Of a stretch of 64,000 bases of DNA, positions 42,202-53,465 are shown one piece after another. Position 1 is the stretch's first letter. The number at the start of each line of letters is the position of its first letter. The translations under genes were made by a program, and so were the position numbers. This DNA comes from an uncultured Pseudomonadota bacterium (GTDB lineage Bacteria > Pseudomonadota > Alphaproteobacteria > Rhizobiales > Beijerinckiaceae). The DNA lies in NCBI GenBank assembly GCA_963730695.1, contig CAVSSV010000033.1, positions 1,311 to 65,310 of the forward strand, given 5' to 3'. The notes under the pieces were generated by a model, which was not told where the DNA came from, searched no databases, and saw nothing but the letters and a program-made list of their open reading frames with translations.

Positions 42202-43656
42202 TCAGGCCGCCGTCCGCTTTGCGGCTGAGGCACGCGCGGCGGCCTCGCTCGTCAGCGTGGCGAGCGTCACGAAATCCGCGAACAACCGCCGACGCTCTTC
42301 GGCCTGCTGCTCAGGATCTGGCAAGCGAAGCACATAGGCGGGGTGGACGGTCACAAACAGCCGCCGGCCGCGAAACTCACGCGTTGAACCCCGCGCCTTC
42401 AGCAGGCCGCCGCGCTCGCCCGTCAGCGCGAACAGCGCCGTCGCGCCCATCGCCACCACGATCGGCGCCGGCACCGCGGCGAGCTCCTTTTCGAGCCACC
42501 AACGGCACGTCACGATCTGCGGCGTATCCGGCGTATTGTGAAGGCGACGCTTGCCACGTGCAGAGAATTTGAAATGCTTGACCGCGTTGGTGACATAGGC
42601 GGCCGAGCGCGGCAGGCCGGCGCGCGCCATCGCCTCGTCGAACAGCGCCCCGGCCGGGCCGACAAACGGCCTTCCCTCCAGGTCCTCATGATCGCCGGGC
42701 TGCTCGCCGACAAACAGCAATTTGGCGTCCGCCTGCCCCTCGCCGAATACGGTTTGGGTGGCGTGCGCGCCGAGATTGCAGCGGCGGCACGTCTCGGCGT
42801 CCCGTCGCAGCGCTGCAAGATCGCCCGCTTCGGCCATAGTGACAGGTTGCGGCGCCTGCGCGCGTCGGCGCGTCGGCGGCGCCGCGGGCGCGGCGAGCAA
42901 CTGATCGACCCGCAGCGACGCCGACGCGATCATCGCAGGAATTTGCCGGGTCTCCGGCAAGTTGGCCCAATACTTGACCGGCATTTCGTTGCGCATTGCG
43001 CCGGGCATCAGCCGCGCCGGATTGAAGATCGCGCGGTAGTACGCGTCCCACGCCGGGGAGAAGCCGTCGCTATCTGGCGCCGCGGTTTTGTCGGCTCCCG
43101 GGCCAAAGCTGAGGGCGGCGTTCTGGAAGATAACGCTGCGCCGCGGCATCAGGATGATGAAGTCGTGTTGCGCGAAGCGGTCGACAAAGAACGGCGCCGC
43201 CAGTTCTTCGATGTAATGCTCGGGTTCGAACCAGGCGACGAACAGCGGCTTGCCGGCGTCGCCGGCGGTTTCGCGAAAGCGAACAAACGCCGTCATCTTG
43301 TGATGGTCGCGATCGACCGCCTTGACCATGCGTTCAAGGCGAAACAGGTCGACGTCGGCGGGATTGTCGATGAGCCCGCCCTCAAGCTGCAGCCGAAACA
43401 ACAGCCGATACATCAGAGCGAAGCGCTCGGGATCGCGGTGGCAAATCGCCCGCTTGGCAAGGTCAAGGAAGCGGCGAGGGACGCGAAAGGCCACGGCCGG
43501 CGCGCTCGAGGGCGGCTTGTGGAGGCTGTCGAACAGAACGCCATCGCTGACCGTCCAAACGACCTCCGGCGGCTCGACGCGTTCAGTGAGCAATTCGCGC
43601 GCGGCGGCGCGCCAGCCGTCGAAATCCGTGTCCGACGCCAGAGCGACGCCAATCAT
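42202..43656 (-). CDS. DUF4130 + UdgX-family uracil-DNA binding fusion
   Basis: F..WR..AR.L, HKM.AFVRF, W..YY..IFNPARL; C..C, GEQPGD.ED, NAVKH, KRRLH loop, HPAY. Confidence 0.9.
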   Translation of the reverse strand: MIGVALASDTDFDGWRAAARELLTERVEPPEVVWTVSDGVLFDSLHKPPSSAPAVAFRVPRRFLDLAKRAICHRDPERFALMYRLLFRLQLEGGLIDNPADVDLFRLERMVKAVDRDHHKMTAFVRFRETAGDAGKPLFVAWFEPEHYIEELAAPFFVDRFAQHDFIILMPRRSVIFQNAALSFGPGADKTAAPDSDGFSPAWDAYYRAIFNPARLMPGAMRNEMPVKYWANLPETRQIPAMIASASLRVDQLLAAPAAPPTRRRAQAPQPVTMAEAGDLAALRRDAETCRRCNLGAHATQTVFGEGQADAKLLFVGEQPGDHEDLEGRPFVGPAGALFDEAMARAGLPRSAAYVTNAVKHFKFSARGKRRLHNTPDTPQIVTCRWWLEKELAAVPAPIVVAMGATALFALTGERGGLLKARGSTREFRGRRLFVTVHPAYVLRLPDPEQQAEERRRLFADFVTLATLTSEAAARASAAKRTAA

Positions 43657-44891
43657 GCCGCGAAGAGGTCCAGCTGCTGCGACCCCGCTGGGGCGCTCAG
43701 CGCCTTCGCACGATCAAGTTCCCGGCGCGGCCGCCAGTCCGGCGTCGTGATGAATGGCCTGATTCCATCGATGCGCCGCGTCAGCCTGGCGAGGTCGGCG
43801 ATCCGCAACTGGCCATGTCTGCGGGACGCGATAATTTTGTCGACGACGCGAACGCCCAGCCCGGGCGTGCGCAGCAGCATCTCGCGCGGCGCCGTGTTCA
43901 CGTCGAGCGGAAACCGGTGGAGGTTGCGAAGCGCCCAGGCGCGCTTAGGGTCGATTTTCAAATCGAGCATCCCGTCGGCGCCGTCGAAAATCTCGTCGAT
44001 GGCGAAGTCATAGAACCTGAGCAGCCAGTCGGCTTGATAAAGGCGATGCTCGCGAATGAGCGGCGCCGGCTTGATCGGCAGGCCTGCCGCCGGGGACGGG
44101 ATGGGGCTGAAGGCGGAATAGTAGACGCGCCGCAGCGCGTAGCTCGCATAAAGCGCCGCGCTCTTGGTCATGATTTCGAGGTCCGGCGCGGCGTCGGCGC
44201 CGACGATCATCTGCGTGCTTTGGCCCGCGGGAGCGAAGGCGCGCGGCCGGTTTTTGCCGCTGCGATCGCCGGCTTCCTCAAGCTTCAGCCGCAGCCCCGC
44301 CATCGCTTTGCGGATCGTCGCCGGCTGCTTTTCAGGCGCCAGTTGCTTGAGGCTGGCCTCGGACGGCAGCTCGACGTTGACCGAGAGACGATCGGCCCAG
44401 CGCCCGGCTTCCTCGATCAGGCGGCTATCGGCGCCGGCGATGGTCTTGAGATGGATGTAGCCGCGAAACGCATGCTGCTCGCGCAATTCGCGCGCGACCG
44501 CCACGAGCTGCTCCATCGTGTAGTCCTCGTTGCGGATAATGCCGGAGGATAGGAACAAGCCCTCGATCATGTTGCGGCGATAAAAGCCGATGGTGAGCTT
44601 GACGACGTCTTGAACCGAAAAGCGCGCGCGCTCCACGTTGCTCGAAACGCGATTGACGCAATAGGCGCAGTCGTAGACACAAAAGTTGGTCAGCAGAATT
44701 TTGAGCAGCGACACGCAGCGTCCGTCCGGCGTGTAGGCGTGGCAGATGCCGGATGCGGTGACGGAGCCCAGTCCCTTCCCGTCGCGCGAATTGCGCTTCG
44801 CGCCCCCGCTCGATGCGCACGAGGCGTCGTACTTTGCGGCGTCGCTCAGAATTTCGAGTTTTCGCTGCAAACTTGCATCAATGGTGTTCAT
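43653..44891 (-). CDS. Putative DNA modification/repair radical SAM protein (TIGR03916-type)
   Basis: AAKYDASC.SSG, GICH..TPDGRC, C.YDC.YC, REHRLYQADWL.RFY, HhH C-terminus. Confidence 0.93.
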   Translation of the reverse strand: MNTIDASLQRKLEILSDAAKYDASCASSGGAKRNSRDGKGLGSVTASGICHAYTPDGRCVSLLKILLTNFCVYDCAYCVNRVSSNVERARFSVQDVVKLTIGFYRRNMIEGLFLSSGIIRNEDYTMEQLVAVARELREQHAFRGYIHLKTIAGADSRLIEEAGRWADRLSVNVELPSEASLKQLAPEKQPATIRKAMAGLRLKLEEAGDRSGKNRPRAFAPAGQSTQMIVGADAAPDLEIMTKSAALYASYALRRVYYSAFSPIPSPAAGLPIKPAPLIREHRLYQADWLLRFYDFAIDEIFDGADGMLDLKIDPKRAWALRNLHRFPLDVNTAPREMLLRTPGLGVRVVDKIIASRRHGQLRIADLARLTRRIDGIRPFITTPDWRPRRELDRAKALSAPAGSQQLDLFAA

Positions 44892-44900
44892 GATTTGTTC
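44886..44900. promoter_or_regulatory. Alphaproteobacterial LexA (SOS) box
   Basis: GTTC-ATGATTT-GTTC (GTTC-N7-GTTC) overlapping the radical SAM start codon. Confidence 0.8.
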
Positions 44901-45054
44901 GTAACGCATTAACCCATCTAAGTCGAGGACATCTGATCCGGAACCCGAACGAAAATGGGCTGGGAGGTGAGCTCGGAAGGGGCGATGACATCGCATAATA
45001 CAGCTTTCATCGCGCAGTCGTCAGAAGGAACAACTGCGCCGCCTTCGCGGTCTA

Positions 45055-46105
45055 GAGCAGAACCCGAACTGAAGGAATCGGAGGGGATTCCCAAATCGGT
45101 CTGGGTCTGATTCAGGCTGTTTGCCGGATCGGAGGCCGGCGGGCATGTCGAAGGCGCTGTCTCTTGATCTTCGGACGCGGGTTCTGGCTGCTGTGCATGC
45201 GGGCGCCACGCATCGAGAAGCGGCTGAGCGTTTCGGCGTGAGCGCGGCGAGCGTCAGCCGCTGGCGCACGCGGGAGCGCGAGCAAGGCGATCCCCGTCCC
45301 AAGGCGCTCGGCGGCGACCGCCGGTCGCAGCGCATCGAAGCTCACCACGCCGCCGTGCTGGCCGCGCTCGGCTGCGACGGCGACGCCACGATCGAAGAAG
45401 TGCGCCGCGATCTTGCGTCGCAGGGCCTCAGCTTCGGCTTCGGCACGATCCAGCGTTTCTTTACGCGCCACCACATCACGCGCAAAAAAAGACCGCGCAC
45501 GCCTCAGAGCAAAGCCGCCCCGACGTCGCGGAGCGGCGCGAGGAATGGTTCGAAGGCCAGCTCGATCTCGATCCCGAGCGCTTGATCTTCATCGATGAAA
45601 CCTGGGCCTCCACAAACATGGCGCGGCGCTATGGCCGGGCCCCGCGGGGCCAGCGGCTGCGGGTCGGCATTCCCTTTGGACATTGGAAAACCACGACACT
45701 TCGTCGGCGCCCTGACGCTGCGCGGGTTCATCGCGCCATTCGTGATCGACGGCCCAATCGACCGTCTCGCCTTCGAGGCCTACGTCGAGAAGGTTCTCTT
45801 GCCCGAACTGCGCAAAGGCGACATCGTGATCATGGACAATCTCCCCGGCCACAAAGGACCGAGAGTGCGCGAAATGATCGAAGCTGCGGGCGCCCGCCTT
45901 CTCTATCTCCCGCCCTACAGCCCTGACTTCAATCCCATCGAGAACGCTTTCGCCAAGCTCAAGGCGCTGCTGCGAAAGGCCGCCGAGCGAACCGTCGAAG
46001 GCCTCTGGAAGGCCATCGGCCAACTTATCGATCTCGTCACGCCTCACGAAATCCAAAACATGTTCGCCGCCGCTGGCTACGATGCATGATGATCGGATTC
46101 TGCTC
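45055..46105 (+). mobile_element. IS630-family insertion sequence
   Basis: TIRs GAGCAGAACCCGA / TCGGATTCTGCTC flanked by duplicated TA (45053-54, 46106-07). Confidence 0.92.
45145..46089 (+). CDS. IS630 transposase, -1 frameshift site AAAAAAAG at ~45484-45491 plus one probable error near 45700
   Basis: S.DLR.RV HTH, FIDET, MDNL..HK, LPPYSPDFNPIE. Confidence 0.9.
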
Positions 46106-46236
46106 TAAGCGGAGATGAGGTAATTGAGCCCGAGCAGCGTGATGGCGAATACTGTTAGGAATGCCGCGGCCACGATAAGCCATGCCGAGAAAGCGGTCGC
46201 ATCCTCAACGACGGGATATTGTTCCAGACTTGTCAT
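46105..46236 (-). CDS. 43-aa single-pass membrane protein
   Basis: MTSLEQYPVVEDATAFSAWLIVAAAFLTVFAITLLGLNYLISA; GAGGG upstream. Confidence 0.45.
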   Translation of the reverse strand: MTSLEQYPVVEDATAFSAWLIVAAAFLTVFAITLLGLNYLISA

Positions 46237-46390
46237 CACGGCCCTCGCTTTAACTTGGACACAGCTAGAACGCGTCGAGGCGCACTGGGTTCCCGATGTC
46301 TCCAACAGCTGTCAGGCCTCTTGCGCTAAGGCTAAAACCTTCCTGCCGGCGACGACGGGAGCGAGGCGCGCTGATACGAATCCCGGCGGC

Positions 46391-46409
46391 CTTTTTCAGC
46401 AGCCCGTAA
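46391..46409. mobile_element. Orphan IS5/IS1182-like terminal repeat
   Basis: CTTTTTCAGCAGCCCG-TAA resembles the common TTTTTCAGCAGCCTG IS end; no partner end or transposase. Confidence 0.4.
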
Positions 46410-46512
46410 GCTGGATCGGCGAGCAGCGGCGGACACCTATGGCGCCGTCGTAGCCAACGCGATACCGCAGAACATCGGCAAATGGCCACACTTCTAACGC
46501 CGGAGATCACAT

Positions 46513-46959
46513 ATGACGGCTGACATCACGGTGTCTCCCTTGCGCAGATCGCTGCGCCAGTGCTCTATCGTCGTCGGCGCGCTGGTCGGCATGCTCATGC
46601 CCTCGCTTGCTGTCGCGCAGGATCAGCCGATCGCCTCCGTGGCGACTACGGACGGCAAGGTGCACATCGATATCCTGTCGCTCAAGCGCACCGAGGGCGA
46701 GACCCTGACGTTGCGCCTGGCGATCACCAACAACAGCAACGACGGATACGATCCGGTGCTGGGCAACACGCGTCTGATCGACTTGATCGGACGCCGCATC
46801 TACAGCCCCGGCCTGACCTCGCCCACGTGCAATACGCCGGTCGGTCAGAAGCAAAGTTGCTACGCCATCTTTGGCGCGCCGCCCGCCGGCACGCAGAAAT
46901 TGAACATCCAGTTCTATGAAAAGCTAGACTTGATCGCCGGCGTCCCTGTGAGCGAGTGA
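46513..46959 (+). CDS. Exported hypothetical protein (Ig-like fold likely)
   Basis: Signal peptide (..AVA-QD), SLKR...TLTLRL.I.N, two Cys, FGAPP. Confidence 0.7.
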   Translation: MTADITVSPLRRSLRQCSIVVGALVGMLMPSLAVAQDQPIASVATTDGKVHIDILSLKRTEGETLTLRLAITNNSNDGYDPVLGNTRLIDLIGRRIYSPGLTSPTCNTPVGQKQSCYAIFGAPPAGTQKLNIQFYEKLDLIAGVPVSE

Positions 46960-46965
46960 CGGCCT

Positions 46966-47528
46966 ATGTCCGTCCTCCGCCCTCTCTGCCTGTTCGTGCT
47001 GGCGTTGACCATCATCGGCGTCGCGCCGGCTAAGGCGGGCGATGCATCGAGCAGCGCCATCGATTTCCCCTCCTCGCCGATCAGTTTCAGCGCCTCGAAA
47101 ATCGATCTGCCGTCTTCGGAGATCAGTTTCTACAGCGCCTTGATGCAAACGGAGACCGCCAAAACCATCGAGGTCACGCTGCCGGCCGATATCCTGTTCG
47201 ATTTCGACAAGGCGGATATCCGGCCGACGGCCGAACGCGCGCTGAAGGACGTCGCCGATCTCATTCGCAGCAAGGCGCACGGACCGGTCGCGATCCAAGG
47301 CTATACCGACGCCCTGGGCGCGGACGCTTACAACCAAAAACTTTCCGAACGCCGGGCCGCGTCGGTCAAGACGTGGCTGTCGACGAAAGAAGGCCTGCCC
47401 GCCGCCCGCTTTAAAACCGCGGGATACGGGCCGCGCAATCCCGTGCGCCGAACAAAAATCCTGATGGCTCCGATGACCCCGAAGGCCGGCAACTGAACCG
47501 ACGTGTGACGCTCATTATGCAGAAATAG
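46966..47528 (+). CDS. OmpA-family peptidoglycan-binding protein (frameshift near 47445)
   Basis: DILFDFDKADI, GYTD..G..AYNQKLSERRA, DDPEGRQLNRRV. Confidence 0.88.
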
Positions 47529-47552
47529 CTGGAAGCCCGGAGGCGGCGCGCC

Positions 47553-48305
47553 CTATTGGCGCGCGGCTTCCAGGCGGCGCTCGCGCGCGTGAAGCTCCTG
47601 CAGCGGCGGAATAGTCTCGTACATGTGGCGATCGAGCCGATCCCAGACGATGCCGCAGGTCGGCTTGTGCGGGCTGTCGACGCGGATCGTCCGGGTCGGC
47701 GTGAAGATCACGTCGGCGACGGTGTCGAAAACCTCCGGCGCCAGCGCTTCGTCGAGCACCTGGCAATCGTGCACGACGGCGGCGACCGGTGTCTCCGGCG
47801 CGACGCGCCCAAGCCGATAGAGAATGCCCCATTCCGAATCGAAAAAGCCGTGGCCTTTGCCGAGCCGCACGCCCTGAAGGTTGATCGCGCCGGTGCCTGT
47901 GACGAGATAGTCGACGTTGGGCATGGCGGCGATGGCGTCGAGGTCCACCGGGCGGCCCAGCCGCTCCATGCCGTCGAGCGTGGAGGCGTAGGCGTAGTCG
48001 GCGGAATTGATCGACTTGGGATCGAGCAGCCAAAAACCGCGTCGGATCGAATAGGTCGTCATCAACACCGTCTTGCCGTCGCGCAACGCCCTGAGGCGCA
48101 GCCGCTCGATGCAATTGTCCGGCGTGATGAAGATTAGCTTTGACTCCTTGTAGTAGCGGTCAGCGGCGAGCCGCTCGCACGCCGCTTCGCCGCCTTCGAA
48201 ATCCGCAATGAATTCGCCGAAATCGTAATGAAAGCGGCTGTCGGGAAGCGCCACCTTGCGCAACTCTCCCCACACGCGCTCGCGGACGCTCGCCTTGTCG
48301 TTCAT
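47553..48305 (-). CDS. 5-formyltetrahydrofolate cyclo-ligase-like protein (COG0212/MTHFSD type), copy 2
   Basis: VRERVW, FITPDN, GVRLGKGHGFFDSEWG, VHDCQV, D.IFTPTR. Confidence 0.85.
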   Translation of the reverse strand: MNDKASVRERVWGELRKVALPDSRFHYDFGEFIADFEGGEAACERLAADRYYKESKLIFITPDNCIERLRLRALRDGKTVLMTTYSIRRGFWLLDPKSINSADYAYASTLDGMERLGRPVDLDAIAAMPNVDYLVTGTGAINLQGVRLGKGHGFFDSEWGILYRLGRVAPETPVAAVVHDCQVLDEALAPEVFDTVADVIFTPTRTIRVDSPHKPTCGIVWDRLDRHMYETIPPLQELHARERRLEAARQ

Positions 48306-48319
48306 CGCATTTTCCTCTT

Positions 48320-49866
48320 CTAGGCTCGTCCCAGCCGCAGCGCGGTCCGCCGCTCGAGCAAGACCACGGCTTGATAAAAGGCCACCGAAACGAGCACGGA
48401 GACGAGCGCCACCGACCAGATCATCCCGTAGTCGAGATGGCCGCGCGCTTGGTTGAGCAGATTGCCAAGACCGCGGCCCGTGGCGAGCCATTCGGCGATC
48501 ATCACCCCGAGCAGCGCGCGGGGCGCGCCAAGCCTCGCGGCGGCGAAAAGGTGCGGGAGCGAGGCGGGCAGAGCCACCAGCCGGATTTCCGTGAGCCATG
48601 ACGCGCCATAGGCGCGCGGAAGGTCGAGCGCGGTCTGCGGCACCAAAGCGAGCCCCTGCGCGATGGTCGCGAAGGCCGGAAAAAACGTCACCGACGTCCC
48701 GATGGCGAGCGTCACCGCGAGGCCGCGGCCGAGCAGCAGCACCAGCAGCGGCGTCAGCGCCACCAGCGGCATCGTCTGCGTGACGAGCGCGATCGGCAGC
48801 AGCAGCCGCGCCAACCCCGGCGCGGCGGAGCCGATCAGCGCCAGCGCCAGCGCGACGGAGAGCCCGATCGCCAGGCCCAGCACCGAAAGCGGCAGCGTCT
48901 CCGCAAGCGCCGAGGCGAGCAGCGCCTGCGCCTTCTCGGCTTGCGGTCCAAACGTGAGATAGTCGAACACCGCCAGCGGCGTCTTGGCGATCAAGCTTGG
49001 CAACTGGAAGCCGCTGACGAGGCCGCCCCAGATGAGGAACGGCAGCGCGACGGCGCCGATCCCCAGTGCGACGCGCCAGCCCCGCGTCAGCCGCCCGTGC
49101 GGCTCGACGGCCTCGGTTTGCGCGGCGAGCGTAAGGCTCCGGCTTCGGCGCGTGGCGGCCGCGCCGAGGGCGGCAAAGAACCCGTAGGCGACGCCGGCGA
49201 TGGCCGTCGCGGCAAGACCGATGCCCCATAGCCGCGCCGGATCGGCGCGGCCAAGCGAGCCGATGAGGTAGGCGCCCAAGCCGTAGCGGCCGCCGCCGCC
49301 AAATTCAGCGAGAATGGCGCCGAGCACCGCATTGGGCGCGGCCACGCGCAGGCTGGAGAGGATCAGCGGCAGGGCGCTGCGCAGCCGCACCAGCCGCAGC
49401 ACGTCCCTCCCCTTGCCGCCGTAGGCGCGGACGACGTCGATGGCGCGCGGATCGGCCTGCTCGAGCCCGAGCACGGTCGCCGTCATCACCGGGAAGTAAC
49501 AGCCGATCGCCGCAAGCGCGATGCGCGGCCATGTTCCCGGTAGGCAAAGCACGAGAATCGGCACGACGGCGATCGGCGGCAGCGCGAAGATCGCGACATT
49601 GAGCCCACGCGCTAGAAAAGACGCGACTGGCGACAAGTTAAAGACGATGCCGGCGAGGATCGCCACCGCGCAGCCGATCAGAAAGCCCGCCGCGCTCGAT
49701 TGCAGCGTCGCAAGGATGTGCGCGGGATAATCGGCGCGGTCGTCCCACAAACGCGCCAGGATCGCACTCGGCGCGGGCAACGCGCCATCGGCGACGAGGC
49801 TGTAGCGCCCCGCGACCTCCCAGGCGATGAGCAACGCCGCGAAGGCGAGCGCCGTGCGCAGCCGGC

Positions 49867-49870
<4 letters not shown>
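48320..49870 (-). CDS. ABC transporter permease, two fused TMDs (NitT/TauT type)
   Basis: Two repeats with AYGG/AYGA EAA loops and G...AE..GLG motifs. Confidence 0.88.
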
Positions 49871-50690
<820 letters not shown>

Positions 50691-50707
50691 GGCGTCCGAC
50701 CGCAACC

Positions 50708-51688
50708 CTTACGATCTCGGCGAGCAGACTGGTGTCGAACATCGCTTTGGTCGCCTTGATGCCGACCCGGCCGAGCGCGTCGATGTTCTTCTGGATGTCC
50801 TCGTCGGTCATCGCGAAGATGCCCTTCGGGCGCGTCGATCAGCGGCTTCTGCGCGGTGTTGTAGAAGAGTTCGTTGTCGATCGTGCGGCCGGTGCCCTTG
50901 AACCAGCTGTCGGCGAACTGCGGCGGATATCTGACGGGATCGGTGAAGTTCTCGTCCCAGCCCGCGCGGCTCGCTCTGAGGAAGGCGACAAGCTGCTTGC
51001 GCTTGGCCTTGAGCGTGTCCTCGGTGACGACCACGGTGTCGTTGTAGATGGTGAAGCCGAAGTCGTAGAGCAGGAAGGAGACGGCGTCTTCTCGCCGCTC
51101 TGCTGCTTGATCGTGTAGGGCACGTTGGTGACGAAATCGACCGAGGCGTCGATCTCGCCTTTGATGAGCGGCGTCGGGTCGTACTCGTAGGGGACGATGT
51201 TGACCTTAGACTTGTCGACGCCGTTCAGCGCCAGCATGGCGTCGACCGAGGCGCCGTTGACCGGCGGCACGGCGAGCACTCTTGCCCTCAAGATCCTTCG
51301 GCGTGTGGATCGGCTTGCTCGCCAGCGAGACGACGCCGAGCGGGTTCTTCTGATACTGCGCGCCGATGATCTTGAACTTCGCGCCCTGGTCGGTGATGGC
51401 CTGAACCGTGGTGTCGGGCGTCGTCAGCGTCAGGTCGGCTTTGCCGGCGGCGATCGTGCTTTCCGGCACGACGTCGGGACCGCCGGGCAGATAGTTGAGG
51501 TCGATCCCGCCAGCCTTGTAGAAGCCCTTATCCATGCCGACGAAATAGCCGATGAACTCGGCGTCGTTGGTCCACGACGCCTGAATCGTCAGCGTATCTG
51601 CGGCCCGCGCGGCGCTGCCGATAAAAGGAAGCGTCGCCGCGGCGGCGCCAGCGGCGAGAAATCCGCGGCGATTGATTGAAAGCGTCAT
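50708..51688 (-). CDS. NMT1/THI5-like substrate-binding protein with Tat signal (frameshifts)
   Basis: NRRGFL; W.NDAEF.GYF..MDKGFY...GID....PGGP; QKNP. Confidence 0.82.
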
Positions 51689-51716
51689 AGGTTGGCTCCC
51701 TGGAAAAAGGATGGGG

Positions 51717-52457
51717 TTAGGCGGCGAGTCCGTGGAGCCGCCGCAACTCGAGAAGCGGCGGCGCGTCGGCGATGTCCTGGGGCTCGAGCAGTTCCCAGCG
51801 CACCCCGCGCGGGCGCGGCGTCGTTCGCTGGACCGAAATCAGGCGGGTCGGCGTCGCGATCTGGTCGACCAGCAGATCCGTCGGGCTCGGAAAGAGCTTG
51901 TCCTCGACCACCTGCGCGTCGTGCACGAGAGCGACCACCGGGGTGCGCTCGTCGACCACGCCGATGTCGCTGAACATGCCCCATTCCAGATCGAAATAGC
52001 CGTGGCCCTTACCGAAGCGGACACCCTCGGTTGAAACTGCGGAAGCGCCGGTCGCCATCAGGTCGAAGCGGCCCCGTCGCGCGATCTCGGCGAGCGAAAC
52101 CGGCTTGCCGAAGTGTTCCAACCCGTCGAGCCAGGCGGCGTAAAGCTCGTGGCCGGCTGGCACGGTCCCCGGCTCGATGATCCGAAAGCCGCGGCGAATG
52201 TTGTAGGTCGAGACCACCAACGGCACGCCGGCGGCGATGAAGCGGCGGCGGAGCTCGACGAGGCTGTTGTCGGGCGTGGCGAAGGCGAACTGGGCGCCAC
52301 GGACGGAGGGCAGCGCCATCGCGCGGTCTGTCGCGACAGACGATTGCAGGAAATCCGGGATGACGTCTGCGAAATTCAGGTGGAGGCGCGAGTCCGGCAG
52401 GGCGACGGCGGCGAGCCGCCCCCAAATTCTTTGCCGAACCGTCCTGCCTTGAGCCAT
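51717..52457 (-). CDS. 5-formyltetrahydrofolate cyclo-ligase-like protein (COG0212/MTHFSD type), copy 1
   Basis: VRQRIW, TPDNS, GVRFGKGHGYFDLEWG, VHDAQV, D.I.TPTR. Confidence 0.85.
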   Translation of the reverse strand: MAQGRTVRQRIWGRLAAVALPDSRLHLNFADVIPDFLQSSVATDRAMALPSVRGAQFAFATPDNSLVELRRRFIAAGVPLVVSTYNIRRGFRIIEPGTVPAGHELYAAWLDGLEHFGKPVSLAEIARRGRFDLMATGASAVSTEGVRFGKGHGYFDLEWGMFSDIGVVDERTPVVALVHDAQVVEDKLFPSPTDLLVDQIATPTRLISVQRTTPRPRGVRWELLEPQDIADAPPLLELRRLHGLAA

Positions 52458-52467
52458 GGGCGACTAT

Positions 52468-52504
52468 GTTCCAGTCGTTTCATGTATTAGAAACGATTGT
52501 TTCA
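52468..52504. promoter_or_regulatory. Putative RpiR operator(s)
   Basis: GAAAC-GATT-GTTTC palindrome (52490-52503) plus a nearby GTTTCA half-site in the divergent gap. Confidence 0.55.
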
Positions 52505-52595
52505 GATTGCAAGGCGCTTGTCATGCGCAAATGCAGCGCAGCCGCGCACAGAGATTGAGCATGACGCCGCGCCGCGATGTAGAGATGCTGGCGCT

Positions 52596-53445
52596 ATGTC
52601 CACCCAACTCGCTCTGCGCATTCAGCAACGTCTTGATGAGCTCTCCCCCAGCGAGCGCAAGCTGGCGACGCTCGTGCTGGAGCGGCAGGACGAGCTGTTG
52701 ACCTATTCTGCTACGGAGCTCGCGGGCTTCGCCGGAGTCTCCAAAGCCACGGCGGCGCGGCTGTTCCGCAGCCTTGGCTACACCGATTTCAACGAAGTTC
52801 GACTGCAGGCGCGCGAGGAGCGCAACCGCACCTCGCCTTTCGAGCGCAAGGCGGCCGGTGTGATCGAGGCGCCGATCTCGCGCTCGCTCGGCAGCCATCT
52901 GCAGGCGGAAATCGTGGGCCTTACGCGAACGTTCGAGGACATGCGTTCGGATGCTGTCGCGTCGGCGGCGGACATTTTGGCCGAAGCGCCGCGCGTCTGG
53001 CTCCTTGGCCTCGGTCTCGAAGACGGGCTAGCGCGCTATGGCCGCTTGCTGCTGGCGCGGTTGCGGGCGGACGTACAGCTCCTAGGCGCGCAATCCGGCG
53101 GATGGGGCGAAGATCTCGCGATGACCGGGGCGGGCGACGCGCTCGTGCTGCTAACCGTTTCTCCGCGCGCGCGGCTGCTGCGCCCGCTGATGGATTACGC
53201 CCTCACCAGCCGCATGGCGATCGTCGCGCTGGTCGATCCCGCTTCGGCCGCCTGGGCGCGCCGCTACGCACGCGTCGCCTTGCTGTGCCGCGGCGATGGA
53301 CGGCAGGTCGGCGGAACCCACACCTCGCTTGTCTCGACCCTGAACCTCCTCGCTTCCGCGCTGGCGTCCCGCCTCGGACGGGTGGCGGCGCAGCGAACGG
53401 AGTTGCTCGAGCGAGATCCACGAGGAACTCGAGGACGAAGAGTAA
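52596..53445 (+). CDS. MurR/RpiR-family regulator (HTH + SIS), frameshift near C-terminus
   Basis: LSPSERKLA, SATELA..AGVSKATAARL.R.LGY..F, SIS domain. Confidence 0.88.
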
Positions 53446-53465
53446 GCGCGCCGCGCCGATACCCG

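Noticed and set aside
44987-45014. dif-like site (TCGCATAATA)
   Set aside because: Only a partial XerC-arm resemblance; no TTATG XerD arm
52458-52595. TPP riboswitch ahead of the THI5-type ABC operon
   Set aside because: Gap is short and lacks the CTGAGA...CCTGA core; an operator-like palindrome explains it better
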